Shown here piece by piece: positions 61,852 through 64,000 of a stretch of DNA of 64,000 bases; positions within the stretch are counted from its first letter, which is position 1; the number at the start of each line of letters is the position of its first letter. A program made the translations under genes and the position numbers. The notes under the pieces are model-generated. The model saw only the letters and a list, made by a program, of their open reading frames with translations, ran no database searches and had not been told where the DNA came from. Origin of the DNA: an uncultured Eubacteriales bacterium (GTDB taxonomy: Bacteria; Bacillota; Clostridia; Oscillospirales; CAG-272). Location of the stretch: NCBI GenBank assembly GCA_900546695.1, contig URDX01000002.1:4100-68099 (forward strand), read 5' to 3'.

Positions 61852-64000
61852 ATGAAGAGAACCGATATAAAGAAGATACTTATCATAGGCTCGGGCCCTA
61901 TCGTCATAGGTCAGGCAGCCGAGTTTGACTATGCAGGCACACAGGCATGTCTCGCACTCAAGGAGGAGGGCTACGAGGTAATTCTCGTCAACTCAAATCC
62001 CGCGACGATTATGACCGATACCACCATTGCCGACAAGGTCTATATGGAGCCGCTTACGCTCGAATATGTAGCAAAGATAATCCGCTACGAGCGCCCCGAC
62101 GCGATTGTTCCCGGCATCGGCGGACAGACGGGCCTTAACCTTGCAATGCAGCTCGAGAAGAAGGGCATCCTCCGCGAATGCGGCGTTGAGCTTCTCGGAA
62201 CGAGCAGCGAGAGCATCGAGCGCGCAGAGGACAGAGAACTGTTCAAGGAGATGTGCGAGTCGATAGGCGAGCCTGTCATTCCGTCCGAGATAACCTATAA
62301 TATCGAGGAGGCGAGAGCCGCGGCAGAGCGCATCGGCTACCCGATAGTTCTGCGCCCCGCGTTTACCCTCGGCGGTACGGGCGGCGGCTTTGCCGAGAAT
62401 GCTGCGGAGCTCGAGGAGCTTGCTCCGAATGCGTTCGCACTCTCACCCGTTCATCAGGTGCTTATCGAGAAGAGCGTCAAGGGCTATAAGGAGATAGAGT
62501 TTGAGGTAATGCGCGACGGCGACGATAACGCCATCCCGATCTGCGGCATGGAAAATGTCGACCCCGTCGGCGTTCACACGGGCGACTCAATCGTCGTTGC
62601 CCCCATTCTTTCGCTCTCCGACGGCGACCGCGACATGCTCTGCGACAGCGCGCTGCGCATCATCCGCGAGCTCAAGATAGCGGGCGGCTGCAACGTTCAG
62701 TTCGCGCTCGACCCCTGCTCGAGCCGCTATTATCTTATCGAGGTCAACCCGAGAGTTTCACGCTCCTCCGCACTTGCATCTAAGGCGAGCGGTTATCCCA
62801 TCGCGCGCGTTACCGCAAAGATAGCGGTCGGCATGACACTTGCAGAGATACCCGTTGCGGGCGGAACGGCAGCTATCGCGCCGAGTCTTGACTATATCGT
62901 TGCAAAGTTCCCGCGCTTCCCGTTCGATAAGTTCACCACCGTTCCGAACACCCTCGGTACGCAGATGAAGGCGACGGGCGAGGTCATGTGTATCGGCTCA
63001 AATCTTGAGGAGTGCATTCTTAAGTCGGTACGCTCGCTTGAGATAGGCGTGTGCCATCTCCGCCTCGAGCGCTTCGATTCGACCGACAGTGCCGAGCTGC
63101 TGTCGTATGTTTCGGTATTCCATGACGATAACATATATGCGATAGCGGAGCTTTTGCGCCGCGGTGAGAGCATCGAGCGGCTGCATAAGGCTACCATGAT
63201 AACCGAGCTGTTTCTTGAGAGCATCGCGCGCATCACAGCAATGGAAAAGAAACTCGCCGCCGCACCGAACGACATCGCACTGCTGCGCGAGGCAAAGGTA
63301 ATGGGATTCTCGGATAAATACATAGCGCTGCTTTGGAATATTCCCGAGCTCAATGTATATAAGGTGCGCCGCGAAAGCGGCATAGTTCCCGTATTCCGCA
63401 TGGTCGATACCCTCCATACGGGCAGCTACATCGCATATCTCTATTCTTCCTATACGGGCGAGAATCAGTCCCGCCTTACCGATAAAAAGAAGATAGTTGT
63501 GCTCGGTGCGGGTCCTATCCGTATCGGTCAGGGTGTCGAGTTCGACTACTCCACGGTTCACGCGGTACAGACCATCCGCCGTGCGGGCTATGAGGCTATC
63601 ATCATCAATAATAACCCCGAGACGGTCTCCACCGACTATACCACATCGGACAAGCTCTATTTTGAGCCGCTTACGCCCGAGGATGTTATGGCTATTATCG
63701 ACTACGAGCAGCCCGACGGCGTTATCGCATCGCTCGGCGGTCAGACGGCTATCAATCTCGCACATCCGCTCGCAGAGCGCGGTGTCAAGATAATCGGCAC
63801 CGACTGCGATGCCATCGAGCGCGCGGAAAACCGCAAGAGCTTTGAGCGCATCCTCCGCGAGCTCGGCATCCCGCAGCCGCAGGGCAGGGCGGTCACTAAT
63901 GTCGAGGACGGAATCAGCGCCGCCGCAGAGATCGGCTATCCCGTGCTTGTCCGCCCGAGCTTTGTTCTCGGCGGCAGAGCGATGGAGATAGTCGCAAACG
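61852..64000 (+). CDS. carB: Carbamoyl-phosphate synthase large subunit (partial, continues beyond the window)
   Basis: My own translation from ATG 61852 gives [56 protein letters not shown]. There is no stop to the window end. The second ATP-grasp half begins near 63490 ([21 protein letters not shown]). Confidence 0.9.
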   Translation, partial: MKRTDIKKILIIGSGPIVIGQAAEFDYAGTQACLALKEEGYEVILVNSNPATIMTDTTIADKVYMEPLTLEYVAKIIRYERPDAIVPGIGGQTGLNLAMQLEKKGILRECGVELLGTSSESIERAEDRELFKEMCESIGEPVIPSEITYNIEEARAAAERIGYPIVLRPAFTLGGTGGGFAENAAELEELAPNAFALSPVHQVLIEKSVKGYKEIEFEVMRDGDDNAIPICGMENVDPVGVHTGDSIVVAPILSLSDGDRDMLCDSALRIIRELKIAGGCNVQFALDPCSSRYYLIEVNPRVSRSSALASKASGYPIARVTAKIAVGMTLAEIPVAGGTAAIAPSLDYIVAKFPRFPFDKFTTVPNTLGTQMKATGEVMCIGSNLEECILKSVRSLEIGVCHLRLERFDSTDSAELLSYVSVFHDDNIYAIAELLRRGESIERLHKATMITELFLESIARITAMEKKLAAAPNDIALLREAKVMGFSDKYIALLWNIPELNVYKVRRESGIVPVFRMVDTLHTGSYIAYLYSSYTGENQSRLTDKKKIVVLGAGPIRIGQGVEFDYSTVHAVQTIRRAGYEAIIINNNPETVSTDYTTSDKLYFEPLTPEDVMAIIDYEQPDGVIASLGGQTAINLAHPLAERGVKIIGTDCDAIERAENRKSFERILRELGIPQPQGRAVTNVEDGISAAAEIGYPVLVRPSFVLGGRAMEIVAN

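Overview
Chromosomal window from a moderately GC-rich Firmicute with Clostridia-like gene content. A decayed signal-peptide+dockerin gene hints at a Ruminococcus/Oscillospiraceae-type organism, but that is inference only. I recognised no rRNA, tRNA, CRISPR array, transposase or integrase. The backbone is housekeeping: dCMP deaminase, thiamine pyrophosphokinase, ispD/ispF, rpe, gap, pyk, a livJ-HMGF-type branched-chain amino-acid ABC operon, a ribose-type sugar ABC operon, an NSS-family symporter, an EamA transporter, ribokinase, and a PyrR-attenuated pyrC-K-D-F-E-B-I-carB operon that runs off the right edge. Unusual content: (1) An orphan agrD-agrB quorum-sensing pair at the left edge, with the precursor gene first, a Ser at the predicted ring position, and LytTR-style direct repeats. 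(2) An AT-rich ~11-kb operon (4.2-15.3 kb) that combines a DltC-like carrier protein, an ANL adenylating ligase, an NTP_transf_5 nucleotidyltransferase, a GT-A-like protein, two unassignable proteins, a C-domain-less divergent pyruvate-kinase homolog and a GC-rich pair of ABC exporters. It matches no biosynthetic class I know and is my best candidate for an undescribed system. (3) Two otherwise intact GC-rich genes (TfoX-like, DUF5131) are each interrupted by a single in-frame TAG where homologs have Gln, and none of the GC-rich genes here terminates with TAG. (4) A ~200-250-bp structured repeat occurs in three copies at gene 3' ends; one copy supplies the last codons of livF, and all copies carry an SD + Arg-rich mini-ORF. 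(5) A gene-decay zone (26.8-32 kb) holds an internally deleted lacZ and a dockerin-gene remnant. (6) An XRE-HTH::ADP-ribosylglycohydrolase fusion lies next to ribokinase. All functional calls come from motifs read by eye in the supplied translations; no searches were run.
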